From NCBI RefSeq assembly GCF_036365525.1, contig NC_090387.1:71015535-71079534 (forward strand): a stretch of 64,000 bases of DNA. Direction: 5' to 3'. The translations under genes and the position numbers were made by a program. Positions 1 to 12,400 of this stretch are shown piece by piece. Source of the DNA: Heterodontus francisci. Its lineage: Eukaryota. How positions within the stretch are numbered: the stretch's first letter is position 1; the number at the start of each line of letters is the position of its first letter. The notes beneath the pieces were generated by a model. That model was not told the origin of the DNA. It made no database searches and saw only the letters and a program-made list of their open reading frames with translations.

Positions 1-1306
1 AACTCATTTTAAAATGGCTAAAGTCACTTAGGGAATGTCTCGATTTCTCTGCTCTGGCACGCATTACTTTCACTTGGGACACAAGCTCAGTAAGATGTTG
101 AAAGTTACTGGACTTTACTTCGATATAAATATCATAATTCTGCTGCTATCCATTGGGAATCATATTGTTCCAGAACTTGTATTAAGGGGGAAACAGGCAA
201 GAAAATCCAAAGAATCTCCAGAAGTCAGCACTGTACGTTCTTTGTGAATACAAGACTATGGTGTATTGGGGCTGAGTCATATTGGCGAAAACATGATGCT
301 GCTGATCCAAATACAATAGTTAGGAAATCACAGATAGTTTTAATAAGCTTTAATCTATGATGAACTGTCTATGATTCCTTAACAAAATCCATGCTGCAAA
401 AATTTGCAGTTTTAAAAACTGTCAGAGAAGACGTAGTAAAAAGTTATTATGTTTCAATGACCATATTAGAAACAGTCATTAACTGCTTTTTTGCTGTGAA
501 TTGTATTACAGGACAAGTGTTGCAAGTATGTCAAAGATCAGTAACTTCAATGTGCATCATTTACTATCCAGTTTGATGGCAGATAACCTGAGAGGCCAAT
601 GTCATTTGAAGGTTGTCTGTATCATATAATTACATTACATTATAAGTGCACCTTTGCTAATAGGTAAGAGATTTGGCTTGGACATAAATTGGTTAGTCTG
701 GAGTACAATCTTACAGATGGTGACTAAACATTTTGCAATTGAATAATACATGCAGTAACAACCGCCCAACCTTTTGCAGAAAAGCTTTTTGTTAGTAACT
801 ATCTTGTCAGAGCTGAGTCAGAATCAACAGTGATAGATTACGATATAGACATAAATGAATTTAAGAGAATTGCTTCATTAGAGGAACTGAAGGGCGCTCT
901 TTCTTTGTAATTGTGTTTATCTAATTTTGTCACTATTTTGATTGTTAACTAGCTAAAACAGTTGTGCTGCTCTCCATTGATGTTTGTATGCTTAGCTACT
1001 TTATTTATAGGGAGAAATGTGTTTTAAACAGGACTTTGATTTTATGGCATTAGGTTGGCTGGACACTTTATATACAGAGTAATTGCTCCCATGTCCGTGG
1101 CTGTCAATAATTTTGTCAAAGGTCCGTGGTGCAACATGTCAGTGCCTATCCCTGTACGTGATTCCTCCTGTACTGGTAATACACACCTCTGTTGAGGATG
1201 AACCTTGTTCACCTTATCTCAAATAGCTCTGAGGAGAAGCAATTGAAATTGAAAGGCACACCATTGCATCCTATCTACAAGAATGAACTAACAAAAGGTT
1301 TTGGAG

Positions 1307-2030
1307 TAAAAACAAGAAATGCTGGAAATACTCAGCAGGTCTGGCAGCATCTTTGGAGAGAGAAGCAGAGTTAATGTTTCGGGTCAGTGACCCTTCTTCA
1401 GAACTGACAAATATTAGAAATGTCAAAGGTTATAAGCAAGTAAAGCGGGGGTGGGGCAAGAGATAACAAAGGAGAAGGTGTACATTGGACAAGGCCACAG
1501 ATTAGCTGACCAGAAGGTCATGGAGCAAAGGCAAACAATATGTTAATGGTGTGTTGAAAGACAAAGCATTAGTACAGATAGGGTGTTAATAGACTGAAGA
1601 TTGAACAGCTGCAACTACTAATATGAAAAAACAGTGGGTAAGCAAACATGCAAAAAAAATGTTAAAAATGTAAAAAAGAAAAAATATCTAAAAATAAAAG
1701 TAGAATGGGGTCCAGTCATGCTCTGAACTTATTGAACTCAGTGTTCAGTCCAGCAGGCTGTAGTGTGCCTAATTGGTAAATGAGATGCTGTTCCTCGAGC
1801 TTGCAGCAAGCCCACGATAGAGATGTGAGCATGAGAACAGGGGGGAGTTTTGAAATGGCAAGCAACCGGAAGCTCAGGATCCTGCTTGCGGACTGAGCGG
1901 AGGTGTTCTGCAAAGCAGTCACCCAGTCTGCCTTTGGTCTCCCCAATGTAGAGGAGACCACATTGTGAGCAGTGAATACAGTATACTACATTGAAAGAAG
2001 TACAAGTAAATCACTGCTTCACCTGAAAGC
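1307..2030 (-). mobile_element. 5'-truncated Penelope-like element (GIY-YIG endonuclease C-terminus plus pLTR)
   Basis: Minus strand reads VVYCIHCSQCGLLYIGETKGRLGD and KLEEQHLIYQLGTLQPAGLN. Flanked by a TTTTGGAG duplication (1299-1306, 2031-2038). Confidence 0.85.
1369..1405 (-). ncRNA. Minimal type I hammerhead ribozyme motif in the Penelope pLTR (this copy mutated)
   Basis: AGTT-CTGAAGA-A-GGGTC act GACCC-GAAAC-(A/G)TT-AACT: core CUGANGA, stem II, GAAA, stem I AGUU/AACU. Confidence 0.6.
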
Positions 2031-2939
2031 TTTTGGAGACAGACTGACTCACAGCCCAAATCAAAATGAATAGGAATAGAGTAGCACCATTATAACAGAA
2101 TGGTCTCCATTCAGACATCAATAGATAGCCATGGTTTCCATATCCTGATCCATTGTGTGCTCACACCAGGGGAGAGGGCCATGTTCACCTAACAGAAACT
2201 CAAATGTGATGTTACCTTCAGAGGGTTACCTTAAAAGGTAACCCTCTGAAGAGAGAGCGATAGAGATCAAGCCAAGACCACAGAAAGCCAGTTTCCAGCC
2301 AGAGGCTGAGAGACACCCAACTAAACAGAAGAACCCTGCTGAACAAGAACTGAACAACCACTACAGCAGAGAAATTATGAAGTGACTTTGAGACTCTCCA
2401 TCTGTAAAGGTAAACCAAATTAACACTGCCAACTTTGGTCTGAGTTTTAACCATTAGAACTCTACAACACCTCAGCAAGTTCAAGACTGCAAAATCCAAG
2501 CATGCATCGTTAAAAAAGACTTTTCTTCTGCCAAGATTCAACAGTATTTTGTAAATAATGAACTCTTAGATTGCCTTGGACTTTAATTGCATTCTACCCA
2601 TTCTCTTGCATCTGTGTGTAAATGTGTGAGTGAGTGAAGGTTTCCTTTTCGGGACCATTTCGGGATTGGAGCGCTGGGGTTTAATGTTTTATTCCATGTT
2701 CTGGTTTAATGGCCAGTTTCCCAAATAAGGACGACAGTTCTTCACTGTTCGGGATTTGGGGATTGTCACATTTCGGGATCGGAGCCCAGGAGTTTGGTGG
2801 GTAGCAGGACGGAGGGATGGCTTCAGTTTCTGGAGCTGGTTGGGATTTTGCTGGAGCTAGTCATGGAGCTGGCTGGAGGGGGACAGGTTATAGACACAGG
2901 GAGTCTCTGGGACCTGTCCCTTTTGCCTGTTACATTCAG

Positions 2940-3425
2940 GAGGAAAGCTCCGGGGAAACTCCCTGGCGTTACTCAGCCGCGGTGTTCAATCAGAGGGAGA
3001 CCTGGGGACATCTCCCTGCTGGGGAGGTGACCGGCTCCCAGGACCGGGACATTAGAACACGGGGTGGGATCCGGCACAGTCAAGCGTCATGGAAAGTAGC
3101 CGTTTCCCTCTGATTAGCAGGTATTAACAAGTGGGCTGTGTTAGACACGGCGGGTGGGCAGGTTTGGGGTTGTGGGGGGTGGGGGGGGGGGAGGTGGGGG
3201 AGGGGTAGCTGGTGACTGAACCTCTGATAATATTTCCGCTTTTATCTTTCAGGGAGATGTAGCAGTTTGTCAGCTCACTCTGTGTATGTGTAGCCGATGC
3301 TCCATCTGCAGTGCAGGCAGCCAGTGAGAGAAGCCAGTGTACAAACCGCAAGTTGAAGTGAGCTTTACTCCGGGGCTCTCTCGTCCCTAGTAGCAGCTGC
3401 AGCAGTCTAACTGCCACCTCTCAAC
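2940..3425 (+). promoter_or_regulatory. Probable GC-rich promoter/5'UTR of the VJ-C1 gene
   Basis: NF-kB consensus GGGAAACTCC (2953-2962), G tract ~3175-3205, GATA (3225-3230, 3242-3247), ETS TTTCCG (~3233), RUNX AACCGCA (3344-3350), E-box CAGCTG (3394-3399). Motif matches only. Confidence 0.45.
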
Positions 3426-3471
3426 ATGTCCAGCTGTATTCCCCTGCTCATCCTGGTAATCGTCTCTACAG
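3426..3471 (+). CDS. Exon 1, signal peptide (MSSCIPLLILVIVST+G)
   Basis: ATG in AACATGT context, hydrophobic core, phase-1 donor G|GTGAGT: a typical split Ig leader. Confidence 0.88.
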
Positions 3472-6400
3472 GTGAGTCAAGCCGTTTCACCAGAATAGAA
3501 CCCTTATTCTTTACATAAAGAGCTTTTACGGAAGAATTGTACCCTGTTTTGCTTCGCCTCTACTTCTGTATATTTCCTCTTCTCTGTTTGAAAGATTCCT
3601 CCGTTCTCCTGGAGATTTCATTCTCTCTTCATGCTGTCCTGATCATTTAGATGGTCGGAAGGGCGCGATGTAAATTTTCGACAATATCAATAATATAAAG
3701 ACCTGAAACGTTAACTCTGCTTCTCTCTCCACAGATGCTGCCAGACCTGCTGAGTATTTCCAGCATTTCTTGTTTTTGTTTCAGATTTCCAGCATCTGCA
3801 GTATTTTACCTTTATATATATATATATAAATCTTTAACCTTTGCAGTTCTGATAAAAGATCAATAGCCTGAAATGTTACTGTTGTTACTGTCAATGCTCT
3901 CATTCTCCCTGAGTATTTACAGTTTTTCTGTTGTTTTCGATATAAATGGAATTCTTTCTTTTCTCCACAGTTACCGGGGCTTCCACGTTTAAGGTGGGTC
4001 AGTACCCGCCTGAACTGAACGAGAGGACGGGTGCCAATGCGACCTTCTACTGCTCCTTCCCGTTTGCTAAGGATATATCCACTGTCCGAGTGCACTGGTG
4101 GAAGGACGCTGAGAAAACCTTCCTCAATGCGAAAAAGGACAGCAGGTATCAGTTTGAAATTCGGAATAAAGCTAGCGCTGTCTTTCGCCTCCTGAATGTG
4201 GATGTCTCGGACTCCGGCACGTATTACTGTAGAGTGGGGATAGCGGGGAAAGCGGGGAAAGGCGCCGGCACAAGGCTCCAGGTAACCGGTAAGAAATCAC
4301 ATTGAATTTAAAACCCCCCGCTGGAAAGATCCCATGCAGTGGGAGAGATCTGGAAATGTCGCCGCAGCTCTTCCCGCCATTGGATGCTTGTTATCCTTCT
4401 CAATTCTTAGCCATATTACAAGTTAGTGAGAAGGTGATAGATTTAAAGATTTACACTGAAATCACAGAGCCAGTGCTGACACCAGGCATAGTGGCTCTCA
4501 TAGGAGGGAATTCAGACTGATAGAGCCGGGATCCGGAGCGGAGATCCACTGGTTTCTGTTATTGAGACCAGGATCATTTCACTCCCGGAGTATCGCTGTA
4601 AGGAGAAAGAGGGGGAGGGAGTTACAAATGGTGTTACTGCGTTAAATAGACATCTCCTGGGCTAGAAAACTCTACAAAAATCGATTACCCGTTGGAGATG
4701 GGCTGGTGTCTCTCTACAGTAAAAGAAACCCTGGATTTTATGAAATGTTTGTATAGGGTCCGAGCTCCGGTTGCCGCTCCTGGGGGCTACCACCTGATGG
4801 CGGGTCAGTGTGTATTCAATCCCCAGGCCGGTACCTGCAGCTCCCACTGAGCGTTTTAGCCACAGCGGAGAGGGCACTTTCTCTGTTTTAGGGTGAAAGC
4901 TGGCCCGGCTGAACTATCCCGTGCAATGTCCACAGTTTTTTCCCCTTCAATTCTTACCCGCTTTCGCTATTAATTCACCTATTTTCAAATATTGCCAGTC
5001 AGTTTGTAATTATTTGTACCCGAGCATTAACGGATTCTCCCGCCCCTTCCCACACACTCCCCATTCCCTGATTTATATTTAATATTTAGACACCCAGTGT
5101 GTTTGCTCTCCTCCCCAGCTGATCACCAAACATTCAGGCAAAATGCACAAACTAAATCAAAATCAATTTTCAAAATCTCGAACGAAAAACTCAATCAACA
5201 AAAGTGAATAAATCTGCGAGCGTCTGTTAGGAGTTTTTAAAAATAACTGTAGTCTGAAAATGATATTATGGTATATATTAAAATTCCTCTATCGATTATT
5301 TAACGGATGAATTAACTCATGTGTTTTATGTTATAATATCCCAATAATTAATAGTTTTAATAAGTTCACCCGTTTGTAATATTCCACCAACACTTGGCGC
5401 CGTTTATATTCAATTCCTCTCGGTCATGTTACCGGAGTTAGCAACTTGTTTTCTGATACAGCGAATGAGGTTTGAGCCTCGCTTTTCCCTCCATTAATCT
5501 GTCAAGAACGTTGCTCCTAATTTTGAACTGGATTTAATGTCAATGCAATCGGAAACATTCCCAGAATATTAAATGAAATAATTTGCAAACAAAGGTCTGT
5601 CTCAGCAAGTACAGGAAGAAATAATTCGCGTCTCATTGGATGGAAAGATCCAACTCTTTTCTGCAAGCAGTTAGTCTCATTCGCAGTTCCAGGTGTTGAA
5701 ATCTGGTGTTGAGCATTAGTTAATATTCGCGCCGCCTCTGCGAGGGAAGACAATTAATCTTCAGATACTTTTAACATGATCACTGGCATAAGGGAATGAG
5801 GATCTGAATCCATCTTTCATGTGGCAATGTGTGTCTGTATATTTGGACATTTGAGCTGCATTTTTCATCCCCCGGATTACTACCTGTGCACAGCTCACAC
5901 TAGGAGTTGCGCGTTTACTGCCTCCGTTTCTCTCGGGATTTCTTGCCTCACTTTGGAAATACATCCGACCAACCCTGCTTTGTTTAGCAGAGAATAAAAG
6001 GTCTGTTCGCTATCTGGCTATTAAACTACGAAAAAAAGCAGGGTATATTACTGGCTGGACTGTGCTTTACCCTTTCCCCAAAGAGCAGAAAATCGTCAGT
6101 TTTATAATACTTTGAAATTATTCATGACGTTTTTGCGTTTGATGTAAGATTTAATCAGCAACAAGAGTGGCGATCAGCGGGGCTACTCCTCACTGCTACT
6201 GAGGGCTTGAAATCTAACAGTGCAGCTTGAATAAGCCATGGGGTTTATTACTAAAAACAGAGAGCAGACTGGTGAATGATTTAAACTGTTACATTACTGG
6301 CACGAACCCACTTGTAAAATGTATTCAACCTGTTAATTGTATCCCATATCCCACACGCGTTAGACCAGTCGAGGCTTTGAAATCATTATGGGATTACTGA

Positions 6401-9400
6401 GAATTTCTCAAATTCCTTCTGCTATTTTAGTAACAGAACTTGCATTTCTGTAGCGCTCGCTGCATGTAAAGAAAAGTCTCAAGACTCTTTGCGGAGCACC
6501 GGTCAAAGAGAGGGAATGAGAAAACCAAAGATAGAGGAGGCATTTGAAGGCGAGGATGAATTGATAAAATGTTGTAGGTGCCGGAGAGAGAGGTCCGGGG
6601 GGATGAAAGGGTGATCACTGATGAGGCATCGACCAATAGGGAGCAGGTTACAGGGAGCAGGTTAGAGTTTGACCAGTTGTGTCTGTGTGTGAGGAGGGTG
6701 CATCAGCGAAATGGGATGGGGGAGGCAACTAAGGAATTTGAAGGCAAGGATGAGGATTTTAAACTCAATGAGTTGGAGTACGGGGAGTCATTAGAGCTGG
6801 ACAGGGGTTGAGTGCTGGATACGAGGGTGGGGAAGCAGGTTGACATGTTGTGGACAGTGCATTCGGGAAACTGTGCCTCGAGGCGGTGATGTTAACCAGG
6901 CTTTGGCAAGAGAGGGGGAGAAACTGGGACAAGAAGCGTGGAGAGTTTGAGTTGTAATAATGGTCATTCGGATGTTGGGTACAAGACTGAGTCTGGATTT
7001 GAGCAGTACACCAAGAATCCACATTTCGAGACTTGATCCGAGGCCGCTGGACAGTTTGATGATATGTAGGGGTTTATAAAAAGTGAAGATAGCTTCTTCA
7101 GTTTTAGTGGCATTTAGTTGGAGGTAACTTTGACAGATCCATATCTAAAGATCAGAAAGCCATCTGCAGAAACGGTGACACCTTTGATGACAAGAGAAGC
7201 GATAGAGAGATAGAGCAGAGCATCATCGGTGTCCATGTTGATATAACAAAAGGATTCCATATGAATGAAGGTAAAGATACCAAGCATGTAGCATAGGGAT
7301 ATACAGCAGTGACTGCGCCGACATGCGAATAGACGCGACTGGTGACAATATAATCTGAATGAAGTAACAAGTAGGATTGGAATCCTGTGAGAACAATGCC
7401 ATGAAAATAGACACTGTTAGGGAGTGGTGCAGTTAATAGTGTTGAAGACAATGGGGAGGTTGCGGGACAGCAACTCCGACCAGTATGGTTTATGTTGTCG
7501 AAGCCTGGATGCAGGGTCTCTGGCTGGGAATGATGGAAGAGATGGCAGTGGAAATGGCAATGATGCGTCTCAGAGAGAAAAGACAAGTTGGTGATGGGGG
7601 AAGTTAGAGAAAATGACAGGGTCAAGAAAGGCACAAATAAATCTAGTTGCTTCTAAGCAATGGAAAACCTGCCAAAATAGTAAAGGAAGGTAGTTCAGAA
7701 GAAGATGCCAAGAATTCATTCACTGGAATCCCACAGTGTGGTTTGGAGATTGGTTAACTGTTTAAGCGCCGTTTCGGGGAATGGAGGGACGGGGGTCCTC
7801 GTTACCGGTGCCACATCTGTCCGTCGGGATCCTTCTCTGCCTCAACAACCGATCACATCAGAGTAAAATAGGAAATTAATTACAACAATTTGAGTTAGCA
7901 TTCATTTATTACACACACCGCATTGGAGCAGATTTTAAAGCAAACCATACATGTGTGCCCACAAACAGGAAGAACCTAATACCAGTGTTCAATAACACCC
8001 AACAGGGACTTGCATATGAAATAAATACAGTGTAAATACAAATAAAAACATGAAGCCCACTAAACCCATTCTTTCCACGGTTAGTACCCCAGTGAGCGCT
8101 TCTCTGTCCTAAACCTCGTCACTGTTTCAGCATGAACTCCCTTCTCATGTATAGAAACCTGTCACTGATCCTGCTCAGAAGGGGATAAAGGGGAGTTTAT
8201 ATAGAAACAGCAAAATTAATATACTGGGTATGAACTCCCATATTATTCAGAGTTAAATATCATTCTCGTCCCTTCACGTTCAGCAGTTCTGATGGATCGG
8301 GAGGTAAATTGACTCAGTCCAACAGTTCAACAATAACACAAAGCGTTTGTTCAAGAACAGGAAAGGAAGGGGGGGGGGGGTGAGGACAGGATGAGGTGTT
8401 GCTCCCCATCTCCACTGGAACCGGGTGTCCAGCCAGCCATCCCATAGGAACAGGAGGAGGACATTTAGCCCATGGACTCTGTTCCGCCATTCAATGAGAT
8501 CATGGCTGATCTGCCACCTAACACCATATACCCACCTTTGCCCCATATCCTTTCATACCTCTGGCTAACAGAAGTCCATCAATCTCAGATTTAAAATTTA
8601 CAGTTGATCTCACATCTATTGCTATTTGCGGAAGAGAGTTCCAAATTTCTACCACCCTTTGTGTGTAGAAGTGTTTCCTAATTTCACTCCTGAAAGTTCT
8701 TGCTCTAAATTTTAGACTATGCCCCCTAGATCTAGAATTCCCAACCAGCGGGAATAGTTTCTCTCGAGCTCCCCTATCTGTTCCCATTAATATCTTGAAA
8801 ACTTTGATCATCCGGGAACAGGCTATTTTCGATCTAGTAATGTGTAATGAGGTAGGATTAATAAGAGATATCGTAGTTAAGGATCCTCTTGGGGGTAGCG
8901 ATCACAACATGATAGAATTTCAAATTCAGTTTGAGGGCGAGCAACTCGAGTCTTAAACCAGTGTCCTCAACTTAAACAAGGGCAATTACAGAGGTATGAA
9001 GAAAGAGTTGTCCTAAGCGGTCTGGGAAAATATACTAAGGAGAAGGTCAGTGGATGGGCAGTGGAAGACATTTAAGCAGATATTTCATAACGCTCAGCAA
9101 AAATTTATCCCGGTCACAAAGAAGGACTCAATCAGAAGGATGAACCACCCATGAGTAACAAAGGCAGTCGAGGAGAGTATCCAATCAAAAGCTAAAGTAT
9201 ACAAAGTGGCGTAAACTGGTGGAAGGCCAGAGGATTGGGAATTTTTTAGGAACCAGCAGCGGATGACTAAAAAGCTAAGAAAGAGGGAGAAAATTGATTA
9301 TGAAAATAAATTGGCAAGAAATATAAAAAAGTAAACAGTAAGAGCTTCTATGGGTATTTAAAAAGAGAGACAGTAGCTAAAGTAAATGTGGGACCCTTGG

Positions 9401-12400
9401 AGGATGTGACTGGAGAATTGATAACGGGGAAATGGGAAATGGCAGATCATTTAAACCAATATTTTGCATCGGTCTTCACGGTGGAGGACACGATTAACAT
9501 CCCACAGATATCAGAGAAGCAAGGAGCTAATGGGAGGAAAGATCTTGTAACAGTCTCTATCATGAGGGACAAAGTATTTGATAAACTAATGGGACTAAAG
9601 GCAGACAAATCACCAGGACCTGATGGCCTACATCCAAGGATTTTAAAGGAAGTAGCTGCAGAGATAGTGGAGGCATTGGTCGAAATATTCCAGAACTCAC
9701 TGGATTCGAGGAGGGTCCCAGCGGATTGGAAAACCGCTAATGTGACGCCCCTGTTCAAGAAGGGAGGGAGACTAAAAGCAGGAACCTATAGGTCAGTCAG
9801 CCTAACATAGGTCGTTGGGAAAATGCTAGAGTCCATTATTAAGGAATAAATAACAGGACATTTAGAAAAGCTAAACAAAATAGAGTCAACATGGTTTTGT
9901 GAAAGGCAAATCATATTTGACAAATTTGCTGGAGTTTGTTGAGGATATAACTAGCAGAGTTGATAAAGGGGAACTGGTAGATGTAGTGTATTTGGATTTC
10001 CAGAAGGCATTCGATAAGGTGCCACATAAAGGATTATTGCACAAGATAGGAGCTCACGGCATTGGGGGTAATGTATTAGCATGGATTGAGGATTGGTTAA
10101 CTCACAGAACACAGAGAGTCGGGATTAATGGGTCTTTTTCAGGTTGGAAAGATATAACTAGTGGAGTGCCACAAGGATCAGTCCTAGGGCCTCAATTATT
10201 TACTATCTATATTAATGACTTGAAGGAGGGGACAGAGTGTAATATATCCACATTTGCTGATGATACAAAAATAGGTGGGAGGGCATGTTGTGATGAGGAC
10301 ATAAGGAATCTGCAAGGGGATATAGATAGGTTGAGTGAGTGAGTGGGCAAAAACCTGGCAGATAGAGTTTAATGTAGGAAAATGTGAGGTCATGCACTTT
10401 GGTACGAAGAATCAAAAGGCAGACAACTATTTAAATGGAGAGAAACTCCAAAAAAAGTGCAGCACAGAGGGATCTGGGCGTTCTTGTGCATGAAACACAA
10501 AAAGTTAGCATGTAGGTGCAGCAAATCATTAAGAAGGCAAATGGAATTTTGGCCTTTATTGCTAGGGGATTGGAGTTTAAAAATAAGGAAGTCTTGTTAC
10601 AACTGTACAGGGTGTTGGTGAGGCCACACTGGAGTACTGTGTACAGTTTTGGTACCCAAATTTAAGAAAGGATACAATGGCATTGGAGGCAGTTCAAAAG
10701 AGAGTCTCTAGGCTGATTCCTGGGATTAAGGGGATGACTTATCAAGAATAGTTAAATATGTTAGGCCTTTATTCATTCGAGTTTAGAAGAATAAGGGGTG
10801 ATCTTATTGAAACGTACAAGATTCTGAGGGGGCTTGAGAGAGTAGATGTTGAGAAGATGTTTCTACTAGTGGGGGAATCTCAAACTAGGGGAATAGTTAC
10901 AGAATAAAGGGACACTCATTTAAAACTGAGATGCGAAGGAATTTCTTCTCTCAGAGGGCAGTGAATGTTTGAAATTCTCTACCCCAGAGAGTTGTGGAGG
11001 CTAAATCACTGAAAGTATTTCAAAGAGGAGGTAGATTTTTGAAATATTGGGGCATTGAGGGCTATGAGGAGCTGGCACGAAAGAGGAGTTGAGTTCTGGG
11101 GCAGATTAGCCATGATCTTATTGAATGGAGGGGCAGGCTTGAGGGGCTGAATGGCCTACTCCTGCTCCTATTTTGTATGTTCTTATGTTGTTTAACCTTC
11201 TAAACTCAAGGGGATACAATCCTAGTTTGTGTAATCACTCCTTGTAATTTAATATTTGGAGTGCCGGTATCATTCTAGTAAACCGATGTCACACTCCCTC
11301 CAAGGACAATAAATCCTTCCTAAGGTGTGGTGCCCAGAACTGCTCACAATACTCCCGATCTGGTCTAACCAGGGCTTTGTATAGCTGAAGCTTGATGTCT
11401 ACCCCTTTGTATTCTCGTCCTCTAGATATATAAGTTCCACTTATATCGATACATAAGATATATTATGTTCTTATGTTCTAAGGCCAGCATTCCATTAGTC
11501 TTTTTGATTATTTTCTGTACCTGTTCATGACATTTTAATGATCTATGTACCTGACCTCCCAAATCTCCTTCGACCTCCACTGTTTCTAGCTTTTCACTAT
11601 TTAGAAAGTACCCTGTTCCATTCTTTTAGCCAAACTGGATGATCTCACTGTTGCCTCCACTGAAATCCATTTGCCATAGTTTTGCCCATTCACAATTTAT
11701 TAATATCTCTTTATAATTTTATACTTTACACTGCTTACAATGCTGTCTATTTTGTACCATGGACAAATTTGGATGTGTGGCTTTCTATCTCATCATCTAA
11801 GTCCTTAATAAATACAGTGAATAGTTGAGGCACCAACAGAAATCTTTGGGGACACCACTAGTCCCAGCCTGCCAATTAAAGTACCTGTTTATTATTCTTG
11901 TTCTTTGTCTCCTGCTCCTCAGCTAATTTCCTCACCAGGTCAATCATTTGCCTTCACTTCCATGAGTTTCAACTTTAGCTAATAGTCTCTTCACCATTCA
12001 ACAGCTGGCCATCCATTAACATTTTTCCCGATATTATTCAATTGAATTATAACCAAGTCTGGACACAAGGTGTGTGGTTAATGTAAGATTTAGATTAGTG
12101 AAATTAACCAGAGTAATTCTCAATGGATCTGCACTTATTCATTGTGTGTCTGTGTATATATATATATATATATATGTATATACGCGTGTAGTTTATCTTC
12201 ACCAAAATCATCGTCACCAAAATCATCATCCCCACAAGTGTCTTTTTCAACATTTCACCGGCGGTAAACGTAACAAATTCGGTAAAAATTTACGCATTGA
12301 AATAAATATTGACAACCGCGCGTCAGAATGAAAGCTGCACAAATCTTGATTTTTATCCTGGATCAGTGCTGGGATTCTCAGGGTTGTAAAAACAACAAAT

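Larger units (their letters stand above)
1120..2640 (+). mobile_element. Degenerate LTR remnant (related to the Gypsy 3' LTR at 38720-45476), interrupted by a Penelope insertion; ends approximate
   Basis: 2455-2500 (aactctacaacacctcagcaagttcaagactgcaaa) resembles 38850-38890. The TG-rich segment 2590-2640 resembles 44600-44670. Confidence 0.45.
7795..12065 (-). mobile_element. 5' LTR plus primer-binding site of a truncated LTR retroelement, split by CR1 insertions (LTR parts 7818-8442 and ~11992-12065)
   Basis: TGTCC...GGACA termini (7818, 12065). Minus-strand TATATAAA (~8196) and AATAAA (~7905). TGGCACCGGTAACGAGGAC just past the LTR resembles a tRNA-Lys PBS. Confidence 0.55.

Noticed and set aside
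1-1100. Short ORFs and two TGAGTCA (AP-1) sites
   Set aside because: AT-rich sequence with no domain or exon structure; such motifs are expected by chance.
4279-4287. Alternative V-exon donor CAG|GTAACC
   Set aside because: Phase 0 would frameshift the C1 exon; G|GTAAG at 4288 is phase 1 and a better match.
4200-4700. Rearranging TCR/Ig V segment with RSS
   Set aside because: No CACAGTG-spacer-ACAAAAACC after the V, the J-like strand is in the same exon, and no D/J cluster is visible.
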